Below are positions 55,597 to 63,909 of a DNA stretch of 64,000 nt, one piece after another. Both the position numbers and the translations under genes were made by a program. The DNA comes from a bacterium (GTDB lineage: Bacteria; Patescibacteriota; Minisyncoccia; Phycocordibacterales; JAGLPS01): positions 15,670 to 79,669 of the forward strand of contig JAUYHB010000027.1 of the NCBI GenBank assembly GCA_030690305.1, given 5' to 3'. Below the pieces are notes generated by a model. The model was not told the origin of the DNA, did not search any database, and saw only the letters and a list, made by a program, of their open reading frames with translations. Position 1 is the stretch's first letter; the number at the start of each line of letters is the position of its first letter.

Positions 55597-56622
55597 CTAC
55601 GCAACGGCAATAACGCCTTCACCCGGCATGACCCCCCTTCCCCACTCGTTGTCCTCAAAAATTTTTCTATACGTTTCTTCGATCTCAAGTCTGCTTAATT
55701 TCGTATAGTGAGCAATCGTATGAGGCGTAGAATGTCCCACCAACAATGCAATGATGGCATCAGGCACTCCTTTCTTCGCTAATCGATGTATGAATCCGTG
55801 CCGGAAAGAATGAGGACAAATTATCCTTTCTATCCCGGCCAATCGTGTCGTTTCCTTAACCATTCTCTCCACTGAGCGAGAAGTAATTCCATCTCTAAAA
55901 TTTCCCTTCAGCCCAATAAATAGGGCGCTAGTCAGTTTTGCACTTTGGCAGAATTGGGTTCGCGCTATCATATATTCCTTTACTACACGAGCAGTCTCAT
56001 CTGTCCAGAACACTCTTCGTTTGCGGGTAGTCTTTTCTGTTTTGATCACTGCGGTTCCTTCCTCCATATCCTCGATGTTCAAAGCACATAACTCTCCTAC
56101 TCTCATTCCAGTGTCGTGCAGAAGACGGATAATACACTGATTCCTGAGATCAAAAATTCCATACTCCTGCAAGGCCGCTAACATCTGTTGATATTCATCT
56201 TCCGTAATCGCATTATGCGAATTGGCGATAGCAGTTGGAACCTTCACCAGATATAGAGGAAGAGATAATTTGCCTTGTTCCTTCCAGAATCGAAGATAGT
56301 TGTAAATGATGTTCATGCCATACTCTACATTCTTCGGTGAGTATACCGCTTGGATCATCCTCATGAACATCGTGATATCAGATAATTCAAGTTTCTCTGG
56401 ATCCTTTCCTACAAAACTCTGAAACCGCTCAACCCATATTCTGTACGCCTTAAAGGCTGTCCTTGAATGAGTCTCTTTCCACATTAAGTATTCTTCTACC
56501 GGCCCATGCGTGGTTGTGATAATCTTCTGGCCTAATCTCCGTCGGATGTTTATCAGCCTATCTAAAGCTACGTAATCTTTTTCTATTTGCATAAAGTTTT
56601 CAAATAAGGCGGGTAATAGCAC
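55597..56622 (-). CDS. tyrosine-type site-specific recombinase/integrase
   Basis: C-terminal catalytic residues in ...HSFRHGFIHRLAKKG...LVGHS...AHYTKLS (R-H-R-Y tetrad context); N-terminal SAM-like core-binding domain; GTG start. Confidence 0.88.
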   Translation of the reverse strand: MLLPALFENFMQIEKDYVALDRLINIRRRLGQKIITTTHGPVEEYLMWKETHSRTAFKAYRIWVERFQSFVGKDPEKLELSDITMFMRMIQAVYSPKNVEYGMNIIYNYLRFWKEQGKLSLPLYLVKVPTAIANSHNAITEDEYQQMLAALQEYGIFDLRNQCIIRLLHDTGMRVGELCALNIEDMEEGTAVIKTEKTTRKRRVFWTDETARVVKEYMIARTQFCQSAKLTSALFIGLKGNFRDGITSRSVERMVKETTRLAGIERIICPHSFRHGFIHRLAKKGVPDAIIALLVGHSTPHTIAHYTKLSRLEIEETYRKIFEDNEWGRGVMPGEGVIAVA

Positions 56623-57076
56623 ATTAACCCTCGGTGAGTGAACATCAGGTACTGCTTTTAGGCACCCTTAATTAAGGTTGACTGTGCTCCCACTGCTAAT
56701 TAAAGCAGCGGGAATTATTACCACCTTAGAACTTCGGTTTACCGGCCTCTTGATCTTAGGTAGGCAAAACAAAACCATCCACCTCTACGTTCAATTTACC
56801 GGCCTTGGCGAAAGGTGGCTAGTATACTTGAATTTGTGCCACTCTTCCTGCCCGTTTCCTCATTGGCAGTTGCCCTGTTATCCACAGGTAAGTTAGGGGT
56901 CACAACGTAAAGGCGGCGATCTTGCCAAACGCCATACTACTGTCTTCTCGAATCTTGTCAAAGAACTCAGCATGCCTTACCAATCATATACAAATACCTC
57001 TACATACATGGTATGTAGGACTAACTTGTGGCCTCAATCGGCCAACTATCTCTTAACTGAGGACTGGTTCACTAGT

Positions 57077-57219
57077 TCCCCGCGTGTCGTGCTCGCGCCC
57101 GACTTGCTCTTCTTCCTGACGGCTATCGGGTTTGTCTCCGCACTATCGTTTGAGTCTGCACCAAGAAGCGCAAGTCGGCCGCTCGATTGAGCGTCGACAC
57201 GCGGGGAAAAGCTCAAACG
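57077..57219. repeat. large nested imperfect inverted repeat (candidate oriT/attP-like structured site)
   Basis: CCCCGCGTGTCG...GCGCCCGACTTGC (57077-57106) pairs with GCAAGTCGGCCGC...CGACACGCGGGG (57167-57205). Inner ATCGTTTGAG (57144-57153) pairs with CTCAAACGAT (57210-57219). Confidence 0.55.
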
Positions 57220-57402
57220 ATTAACCACTACGTGCTCACTACTCATTGCCTGCTGGCAATCAATTTTCCATAAGTTATAATTACCCCGGACTCATTGCAC
57301 ATTCCAGTAAGCCGCTCAGGCTTCAAAATCAGCTCCCACTACCCTTTCGGCTCGTTTCTCATACCGTATGTCGGCAAGGGACTGGAAGCTGGCTTTGCAA
57401 CC

Positions 57403-58683
57403 ATGAGTAACGAAATCCTTGCAGGCAAAAGACTTTCTTGGGGAGGGACGGAAACGCTCTTTGGAATCAAGACGGAAGACAGCCGGAGACATGTGTATAT
57501 CGTCGGAAAGACGGGTTCGGGTAAGAGTACGCTCTTACATAATTTTCTCGTTCAACACATCGAAGCCGGCCACGGCATAGGCCTCATCGATCCTCACGGA
57601 GACCTCGCGCATGATCTTCTCGATTACATCCCCTCGTGGAGAACGCGTGATGTCGTCTATCTCAATCCAGCCGACCTCAAATATCCCGTAGGAATTAATC
57701 TCTTTGCCGATATTCCTTTCGACAGACGCCATCAGGCCGCTTCGGGGATTGTCAGTTCGTTTAAAAGTATCTGGCGGGACTCATGGGGGCCCCGTCTTGA
57801 ATATATCCTCTATAACGCAGTCGCCGCTCTGCTTGACTGCGAGAATACGACCATCTTGGGAATTCCAAGACTTCTCACGGATTCTTCATACCGGAAATGG
57901 GTAGTAAAACAGGTGCGTGATCCATTTGTGAAGGCTTTCTGGGTCAATGAGTATGAAAACTACGATAACCGCTTTATGCGGGAGGCTATCGCTCCAATTC
58001 AAAATAAAATCGGCCAGTTTCTTACGACTCCCGCGATTCGCAACATCTTGGGCCAAGTAAAAAGCACCGTTGATTTCCGGTTTATGATCGACAATGAACG
58101 GATTTTCATAGCCAATCTCGCCAAAGGATCTCTTGGCGAAGATAAAGCAAACCTCTTGGGCTCGCTTTTAGTCACTCAATTACAGCTTGCGGTCATGTCC
58201 CGCACGGATATCCCCGAGGAAGAACGAAAAGACTATTTTCTGGTGATTGACGAATTCCAGTCGCTGACGACGGACAGTTTCGCTTCCATTCTCTCCGAAG
58301 CCCGCAAGTACCGCCTCTCCCTCATCCTCAGTCATCAGTACCTTGACCAAATCACACCTGAAGTAAGGCAGGCGATTCTCGGCAACGTCGGCACCATCAT
58401 TTCTTTCTGCGTAGGCAATACCGACGCCGAAATATTGGAAAAGGAATTAGGTAATTCTCATTCAGCCGAGCAGTTCACCGATCTAAAAAGATATGAGATA
58501 ATTGTTAAGCTGCTTGCAGATGGCGAGTACCTTGAGCCGTTCCGGGCAAGAACGCTTTCGAAGATGGGAATTTCGAAATACCATCGAGAAAGGATAGTGG
58601 AACAATCAAGACAACGATATTCCTTAAAAAGAGAAATCGTTGAAAATAAAATCGCCAGATGGCTGCATAGCGCATCAGCATAA
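57403..58683 (+). CDS. P-loop ATPase of the TraD/VirD4-coupling-protein / FtsK-HerA (AAA-like, DUF87-type) superfamily
   Basis: Walker A VGKTGSGKST, IDPHGDL (DPxGD-like), Walker B LVIDEFQSL. No N-terminal TM. Start set to ATG 57403 (MSNEILAGK...) rather than the ORF-track 57295. Confidence 0.7.
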   Translation: MSNEILAGKRLSWGGTETLFGIKTEDSRRHVYIVGKTGSGKSTLLHNFLVQHIEAGHGIGLIDPHGDLAHDLLDYIPSWRTRDVVYLNPADLKYPVGINLFADIPFDRRHQAASGIVSSFKSIWRDSWGPRLEYILYNAVAALLDCENTTILGIPRLLTDSSYRKWVVKQVRDPFVKAFWVNEYENYDNRFMREAIAPIQNKIGQFLTTPAIRNILGQVKSTVDFRFMIDNERIFIANLAKGSLGEDKANLLGSLLVTQLQLAVMSRTDIPEEERKDYFLVIDEFQSLTTDSFASILSEARKYRLSLILSHQYLDQITPEVRQAILGNVGTIISFCVGNTDAEILEKELGNSHSAEQFTDLKRYEIIVKLLADGEYLEPFRARTLSKMGISKYHRERIVEQSRQRYSLKREIVENKIARWLHSASA

Positions 58684-58723
58684 TTTTGTCACAACAAACC
58701 TGCCGAAAACGGGGCGGCGGGTT

Positions 58724-59677
58724 ATGAAATATATGGTATTTATAAGAACCCCGAGGTTCAATCGTTCCGCTAAAACTCAACATATCCGCGTCACTCCACG
58801 CGATCTCCACATCATCCACCACGTCTTCAGATATCGCCTTCTAAGCTCTAAGCAAATTGCGACTCTTACAGAAGGCAGTCATCAAAACTTATTAAGACGA
58901 CTCAAGCTGTTGTACAACAACCGCTATCTCGACCGGCCCATAAGCCAGCTCGACTACTACCGCGCCGGCGGTTCTCATCCGATGATTTACGCTCTCGGCA
59001 ATCGCGGCGCGGATTTGATCCAAGCTAAATTCGGCATTCCAAGGACGGAGATCGATTGGACGGCAAAAAACCGATCCGTCAAACGGCTTTTTATTCAACA
59101 CACCTTATCGGTCTCTGAAATTCTCGTCCGGTTGAAATCCAGATGCCGGGATAGTGATGTGGAATTTCTGGAAAAAGAAAAGGCCCTGCGGAATCTTGCC
59201 GGTACTTCACCAGCACACAAAAAACTTGGCTGGAATGTATCCGTCCCTTTTAATAAGGACGTATTTTCAATTGGAGTGATCCCCGACTACCTATTCGGCC
59301 TGCGCCCCCAAAACGGCACCGATACGGTTTACTTCTTCCTCGAAGTCGATAGAGGCACCATGCCTGTCATGCGGAAGAATTTGAATCAGACTTCATTTTA
59401 TCGAAAACTCCTTGCTTACCATGAGACATGGAGACAAGAGCTTCACACTTCCCTCTTCGGATTGAAAAGATTTCGCGTGCTCGTTGTCGTAAACAGCAAA
59501 GAGCGACTGAGTCATCTCATTGCGGCGAACAAACTGCTTAATGACGGCAAGGGATCAGGTATCTTTCTCTTTGCGAGCATGTCCGATGTTGATTCCTGCG
59601 AAAATATTTTAAATTTGCCCTTTATTGATGGACACGGTGATTCGACTTCCTCTTTACTAACGGACATAGGAAGCTGA
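58724..59677 (+). CDS. replication-relaxation family protein
   Basis: N-terminal winged-helix (...RVTPRDLHIIHHVFRYRLLSSKQIATL...) and C-terminal ...YFFLEVDRGTM... block match the Replic_Relax family of integrative and plasmid elements. Start at internal ATG 58724. Confidence 0.6.
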   Translation: MKYMVFIRTPRFNRSAKTQHIRVTPRDLHIIHHVFRYRLLSSKQIATLTEGSHQNLLRRLKLLYNNRYLDRPISQLDYYRAGGSHPMIYALGNRGADLIQAKFGIPRTEIDWTAKNRSVKRLFIQHTLSVSEILVRLKSRCRDSDVEFLEKEKALRNLAGTSPAHKKLGWNVSVPFNKDVFSIGVIPDYLFGLRPQNGTDTVYFFLEVDRGTMPVMRKNLNQTSFYRKLLAYHETWRQELHTSLFGLKRFRVLVVVNSKERLSHLIAANKLLNDGKGSGIFLFASMSDVDSCENILNLPFIDGHGDSTSSLLTDIGS

Positions 59678-59702
59678 TATTCTCGCATCTTCAGAAAGTT
59701 AC

Positions 59703-59740
59703 AAAAGCCCTGCCATACAGCAGGGCTTTTCTTTCTTCTT
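59703..59740 (+). terminator. rho-independent terminator
   Basis: AAAGCCCTGC-catacag-GCAGGGCTTTT hairpin followed by CTTTCTTCTT. Confidence 0.65.
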
Positions 59741-59838
59741 GTTATCCACACCCCCTCCCTTCTGAACTTCAGTCCCCGGCGTATACTTACGATTGGAACT
59801 GTTCATTTTGAGAAACTCAAATCCAAAGGAGGCGATCT

Positions 59839-60849
59839 ATGTCTGAATCGAATAACGGTTTTGTCGATTTCAAAGCCATTAAACAGTCAGTCTCAATGCT
59901 TCAGGTTCTTGAGTATTACGGGCTCATGCAGAGTCTCAAAAGAAATGTAGATTCTCTGAGCGGTCCCTGCCCTCTTCACAGCGGGCACACAGAGGGACAG
60001 TTTAAAGTCAGCGTTTCCAAAAACTGCTGGAATTGCTTCGGTAAATGCAAATCCGGCGGGAATATTTTGGACTTCGTGAGCCGTAAGGAAAACGTCGGAA
60101 TCCGCGAGGCAGCGATTCTCATTGTGAAATGGTTTGATCTATCGGCAGACACCGCACCGGATAAACAAACAGAAAAAACAAAAGATAAAAACCCGCAAAG
60201 CCAGAAAGACGCCGAAGAATCGGCCGCACCAGAAAGCCAGTCTAAGGAAAATAAACCTCTTGGATTCTCCCTTAAACATCTCGATCCCAATCATACATAT
60301 CTTACTGAAAGAGGATTGTCCCCAGAGACAATCATTGCGTTCGGCTTAGGCCACTGCAAAAAAGGCATCTTGACCGGAAGAATAGCCATCCCAGTCCACA
60401 ACTTGGATGGAGGGCTTGTGGCGTATATCGGTCGCTGGCCCGGACAACCGCCGGAAGGAAAAGAAAAATATAAATTTCCCGAAGGTTTTAAAAAATCGCT
60501 GGAAATATTCAATGTTCACCGTGCGATAAACGAATCTTCAACGGAACCCCTCATCGTGGTACAAGGCGTATTTGACTGCATGAAAATTTGGCAGGAGGGC
60601 TTCCATCGAGTAGTTGCCATTATGGGAAACGCGGTCTCGGAAGAACAGTCAACACTGCTTCTTCAAGCCGTTTCTCCTCAAGGCCGCATCGTCCTTATGT
60701 TCAATGAGGATGAAGCCGCGCAACAGGGCTGTCAAAACGCTCTCATGCGCCTGTCGTCTGCCTGCTATGTCAGAACGATCAAACTCCCTCAAGAAGGACT
60801 GCAATCAGAACATCCGTCTCAAAAAAGATTCATTGAGCTGCTTAAATAA
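59839..60849 (+). CDS. DNA primase-like protein (CHC2 zinc finger plus Toprim)
   Basis: CPLHSGHTEGQFKVS...CWNCFGKCKSGGNILDFV is the DnaG/P4-type CHC2 zinc-binding motif. Toprim-like ...LIVVQGVFDCMKIWQEG...VVAIMGNA... downstream. AAAGGAGG RBS. Confidence 0.75.
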   Translation: MSESNNGFVDFKAIKQSVSMLQVLEYYGLMQSLKRNVDSLSGPCPLHSGHTEGQFKVSVSKNCWNCFGKCKSGGNILDFVSRKENVGIREAAILIVKWFDLSADTAPDKQTEKTKDKNPQSQKDAEESAAPESQSKENKPLGFSLKHLDPNHTYLTERGLSPETIIAFGLGHCKKGILTGRIAIPVHNLDGGLVAYIGRWPGQPPEGKEKYKFPEGFKKSLEIFNVHRAINESSTEPLIVVQGVFDCMKIWQEGFHRVVAIMGNAVSEEQSTLLLQAVSPQGRIVLMFNEDEAAQQGCQNALMRLSSACYVRTIKLPQEGLQSEHPSQKRFIELLK

Positions 60850-61025
60850 CTGTCGGGTCGGGAAGTTCGGGGGCATTCCGAACGGACGTGAAGGGATAAC
60901 CCTTTCATTCTGCCCGTTCCTGCTTGACGAAGCAGACTCGGGCTTTGTTCGTCGGCATGCGGGGGACCCCAAAACTTCCCGGCCCTAATAATTCTTCCGT
61001 CTTACAAAAAACGAAAGGAACGATC

Positions 61026-61289
61026 ATGGCCTACACGCCGGAACTGACTTATAAAGCGAGTTCTACGTTACGCAGGATCGCTTGGTCGCTGAACAAACCG
61101 ATGACCAAAACCATGGAATGGATCCTTACCGACTTAATCAAATTCATTCCTGCTCCCGCCATCTGCGAGGCGTGCAAAGACCAAACGAAATGCGAAACAT
61201 GTCCCTTTAACACGAACGGAAAACCGACAGGAGGCAACATGCCGCCGGATCTTCTAAAACAATCGGAGGAAATCTTATGCGAACGATAA
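61026..61289 (+). CDS. small Cys-rich (zinc-ribbon-like) protein, 87 aa
   Basis: Start at the internal ATG with AAAGGAA RBS; C-terminal CEACKDQTKCETCPF cluster. Confidence 0.5.
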   Translation: MAYTPELTYKASSTLRRIAWSLNKPMTKTMEWILTDLIKFIPAPAICEACKDQTKCETCPFNTNGKPTGGNMPPDLLKQSEEILCER

Positions 61290-61726
61290 AATGTTTTGAG
61301 AGAGATTTGGAGGCGGCTAATACAGCCATTGTCCGGGACACTTTTGGGAACCAAGCATTAATAAGTGCAATCTTCAATATATGGGAATCTCGGACAATGG
61401 GCAAAACAGATCGCGAGTTCGACAAACTCATGCGTAGAACAATGGGCAAGAAGATCTGGAGCCATATGACTCAGGAAGAAAAATTCACAGAGTTTAGAAC
61501 CAGTATTTTAAACGATCTGTGGATTAGTCTGAATGAAATCAGGGAAGGAAACAGAGTCGTGGTTGAATACTTTCTGGATCGCGCCCTTGACCCACTGGAT
61601 CCATTTGCTGGGGTCTATCAGGCGTTCTTGAGAGGACTCGGTGCTGAGATTCTTTATGAAGAAAAAGTTTTTAAAGGTATTCGTTTCCCAAAAGGGGCCG
61701 AAAAACAGACGATTGTTCTCGAATAA
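61277..61726 (+). CDS. hypothetical protein (149 aa)
   Basis: ATG overlapping the previous gene's end; no family recognised. Confidence 0.5.
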   Translation: MRTIKCFERDLEAANTAIVRDTFGNQALISAIFNIWESRTMGKTDREFDKLMRRTMGKKIWSHMTQEEKFTEFRTSILNDLWISLNEIREGNRVVVEYFLDRALDPLDPFAGVYQAFLRGLGAEILYEEKVFKGIRFPKGAEKQTIVLE

Positions 61727-61746
61727 ACCTTCAAAGGAGAAAAACC

Positions 61747-62010
61747 ATGAATATTACCGTCGAAAGAATTTATCGCCAGCCGGAAAGCAAATCACTTAAA
61801 GCCTTTGTTGATCTGTCGATTGACAATGTTTTGCTGATTAAAGGAATCCGTATCGTTCAAGGCCCGAAAGGACTCTTTGTATCCATGCCGCAAGGGCAAG
61901 GAAAAGACAAGCGCTGGTATGATTCCATCCGTTGTCTGGATCAAGAATTCAAGAAACGATTGGATGACGAAGTCATGTCCGCTTATACCAAAGAGATCGA
62001 TAACGAATAA
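61747..62010 (+). CDS. spoVG: SpoVG-family protein
   Basis: MNITVERIYRQPESKSLKAFVDLSIDNVLLIKGIRIVQGPKGLFVSMPQGQGKDKRWYDSIRCLDQEFKKRLDDEVMSAY aligns with the SpoVG consensus (M.VTDVR.....KA.ASI.+D+.FV+HDIRVI+G.NGLFVAMPS......+RDI.HPI....R..I..AV); AAAGGAGA RBS. Confidence 0.75.
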   Translation: MNITVERIYRQPESKSLKAFVDLSIDNVLLIKGIRIVQGPKGLFVSMPQGQGKDKRWYDSIRCLDQEFKKRLDDEVMSAYTKEIDNE

Positions 62011-62067
62011 GAATTTTCTGAAACCGTTGGCAAATACATTGTCCAAACCAGTAAAGGAGGTGATCGT

Positions 62068-62370
62068 ATGTACCCGGAAGTCAATGCGTTATCTAATACA
62101 AAACTGGCAAAGTTTCCCGTGGGACAAATAGTCTCCACTACAAACGCTTTGTCAAAGCTGACGCATCACGACATACTGATAGCATTAAGTCGTCATGTTA
62201 AAGGAGATTGGGGCGAAGTTTGCGAGGAAGACCGTCGAGAGAACGAACTGTCGCTGAAGGAAGGATACAGATTGCTTTCTGTTTATCAGGGAGCCGCCGG
62301 AACAAAATTCTGGATTATCACTGAATCCGACCGATCTGTCACAACAGTTTTACTTCCCGAGGATTATTGA
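62068..62370 (+). CDS. conserved small protein of mobile elements (100 aa), function unknown
   Basis: Strong TAAAGGAGGTGA RBS; ...GDWGEVCEEDRRENELSLKEGYRLLSVYQ....KFWIITESDRSVTTVLLPEDY is a pattern I recall from plasmid/ICE accessory proteins. Confidence 0.55.
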   Translation: MYPEVNALSNTKLAKFPVGQIVSTTNALSKLTHHDILIALSRHVKGDWGEVCEEDRRENELSLKEGYRLLSVYQGAAGTKFWIITESDRSVTTVLLPEDY

Positions 62371-62384
62371 GTTAAAACAAAACA

Positions 62385-62427
62385 CCTCTTCTTAAATTTG
62401 AAGAGGTGTTTTCTATTATGTGTAAAA
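62385..62427. terminator. bidirectional rho-independent terminator between convergent genes
   Basis: AACACCTCTTC-ttaaatttg-AAGAGGTGTT hairpin flanked by A-run and T-run. Confidence 0.65.
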
Positions 62428-62604
62428 ATCATTTGCTCTAAATAATCGTTTAATATGCCAAAAAGAACTTGGGCCCATTGAAATGAATCATATGATTGGG
62501 ATCGGCAATCCAAACTTCTGTTTCCCATATAACACTTGCCCCAACCTTCCCGTGCGCGTGTTAAAAACTTTTGCCGTCTTGAAAGATCGGCAAACTCCCT
62601 TTTT

Positions 62605-63909
62605 CTATTCTGCTGTCCGTCCGTATTTTTCGCGGCGTTTTCTAAAAGCTGTTTTCCCACCTTCTAATATATCCAATCCGTGTTCTCTTATACCTCGTTT
62701 TTCTAATGGTATTTTTGCTTTTTCGCTCACAAATGAGTTTTCAATAGCTCCACTTACATATGAAATACGGGATGGTTGTAAACTTGGGACAGCATCAAAA
62801 TTTGCGACAATGATCTGTTCCGCGTCAGTGTTCAATACCAAGTTAGGATTGTGAGTGATAACAATGACTTGGCGTCGGCGTTTAATTTCTCTAAAGTAAT
62901 CAACCAGCGAAGGGAATACTGATTTATTATCAAGATTTTCTTCGGGTTGGTCTATAACGAGCGGGACACTACCTTCTGTATCTAGCACCAAATACATGAG
63001 CAACAATACTACTCCCTTTTTGCCCGGTGAAAGCAACTCCAAACTCGTTCCTTGATATTTAATATTATAGGCAACTTTAAAATCGCTAGTGTCAAAAAAC
63101 CAATTAGAAAAATCTAATTTTTGTTTTCCTTTGAGTAATTGCGAGCGTATATCCAACTCTTTCCCATCCACATCCTTTTCAAAGCTATTGTAAAAAGTTT
63201 TTATTTCGCCAGATATATTTTCAACCTCACCAAGCTCAATAGATTCGGCAATACCTTTGATCTTCTTAAACAAGTTGTCATTGCCTCTATAATACTTACC
63301 CTTCCTCCCAAAATCTAAAACAGACTGCGCTTTGCGGAAGTATCCTTCCACATCTAATTCAATTCTCGCAAAAAATTCCATCTGATTTTCTTTTTCCTTT
63401 TTCTCTCTATCTTTTAGAGGGGCGTAAAGTTCTTCTAAAGACTTCTTTTCTTCTTTTAATAATTCAAAGTATTGTTTATAGGTTTCATCTCTTAATACTT
63501 CTTTTTTGGGCAGTTCCAATATTTTTACTGTTTCTATATCGGTTATATTTTTTTCAAGTTCCGTTGTCCTTGTTTTAATTTTCGCTATTTTACCGTCGTA
63601 TTCTTTTATAGCTTTGCGAGTAGATTCAACAATGCTTGAAATTGATTCAAGCTTTTTTATCCACTCCTCGGTATCACTCAAAGGCAAGTCTTTGACCAAT
63701 TCTTCTTTTAACTCGTCCAATTTTACTTCTTTATTTTCCGCCGTATCATTTTCCTCCTTGGTTTTGATAGCTCCTTTCAACTTGTTGATTTGCTCATTGA
63801 ACTTCGTTTTTTGCTCATCAAGAGCCGTGAGAAAATCCGGTGTTATAGAAAATTCTATCTTTTCGTAGATTAAACCGATATTTTTAAGATCGTCCTTAAT
63901 TTGCGACAA
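62605..63909 (-). CDS. SMC/RecF/SbcC-like ABC-type ATPase, C-terminal two-thirds (coiled coil plus signature, Walker B and H-loop); no Walker A head in this ORF
   Basis: LSPGKKGVVLLL (ABC signature-like), LVIDQPEENLD (Walker B/D-loop), VIVITHNP (H-loop), long coiled-coil N-terminal part. The ORF starts at TTG just after an in-frame stop, 90 nt from the window edge. Confidence 0.6.
   Translation of the reverse strand: MSQIKDDLKNIGLIYEKIEFSITPDFLTALDEQKTKFNEQINKLKGAIKTKEENDTAENKEVKLDELKEELVKDLPLSDTEEWIKKLESISSIVESTRKAIKEYDGKIAKIKTRTTELEKNITDIETVKILELPKKEVLRDETYKQYFELLKEEKKSLEELYAPLKDREKKEKENQMEFFARIELDVEGYFRKAQSVLDFGRKGKYYRGNDNLFKKIKGIAESIELGEVENISGEIKTFYNSFEKDVDGKELDIRSQLLKGKQKLDFSNWFFDTSDFKVAYNIKYQGTSLELLSPGKKGVVLLLMYLVLDTEGSVPLVIDQPEENLDNKSVFPSLVDYFREIKRRRQVIVITHNPNLVLNTDAEQIIVANFDAVPSLQPSRISYVSGAIENSFVSEKAKIPLEKRGIREHGLDILEGGKTAFRKRREKYGRTAE

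Noticed and set aside
56972-57246. Two overlapping 66-72-aa ORFs on opposite strands in the integrase-ATPase gap
   Set aside because: They coincide exactly with the GC-rich nested inverted repeats, so they are best explained as palindrome-induced open frames rather than genes.
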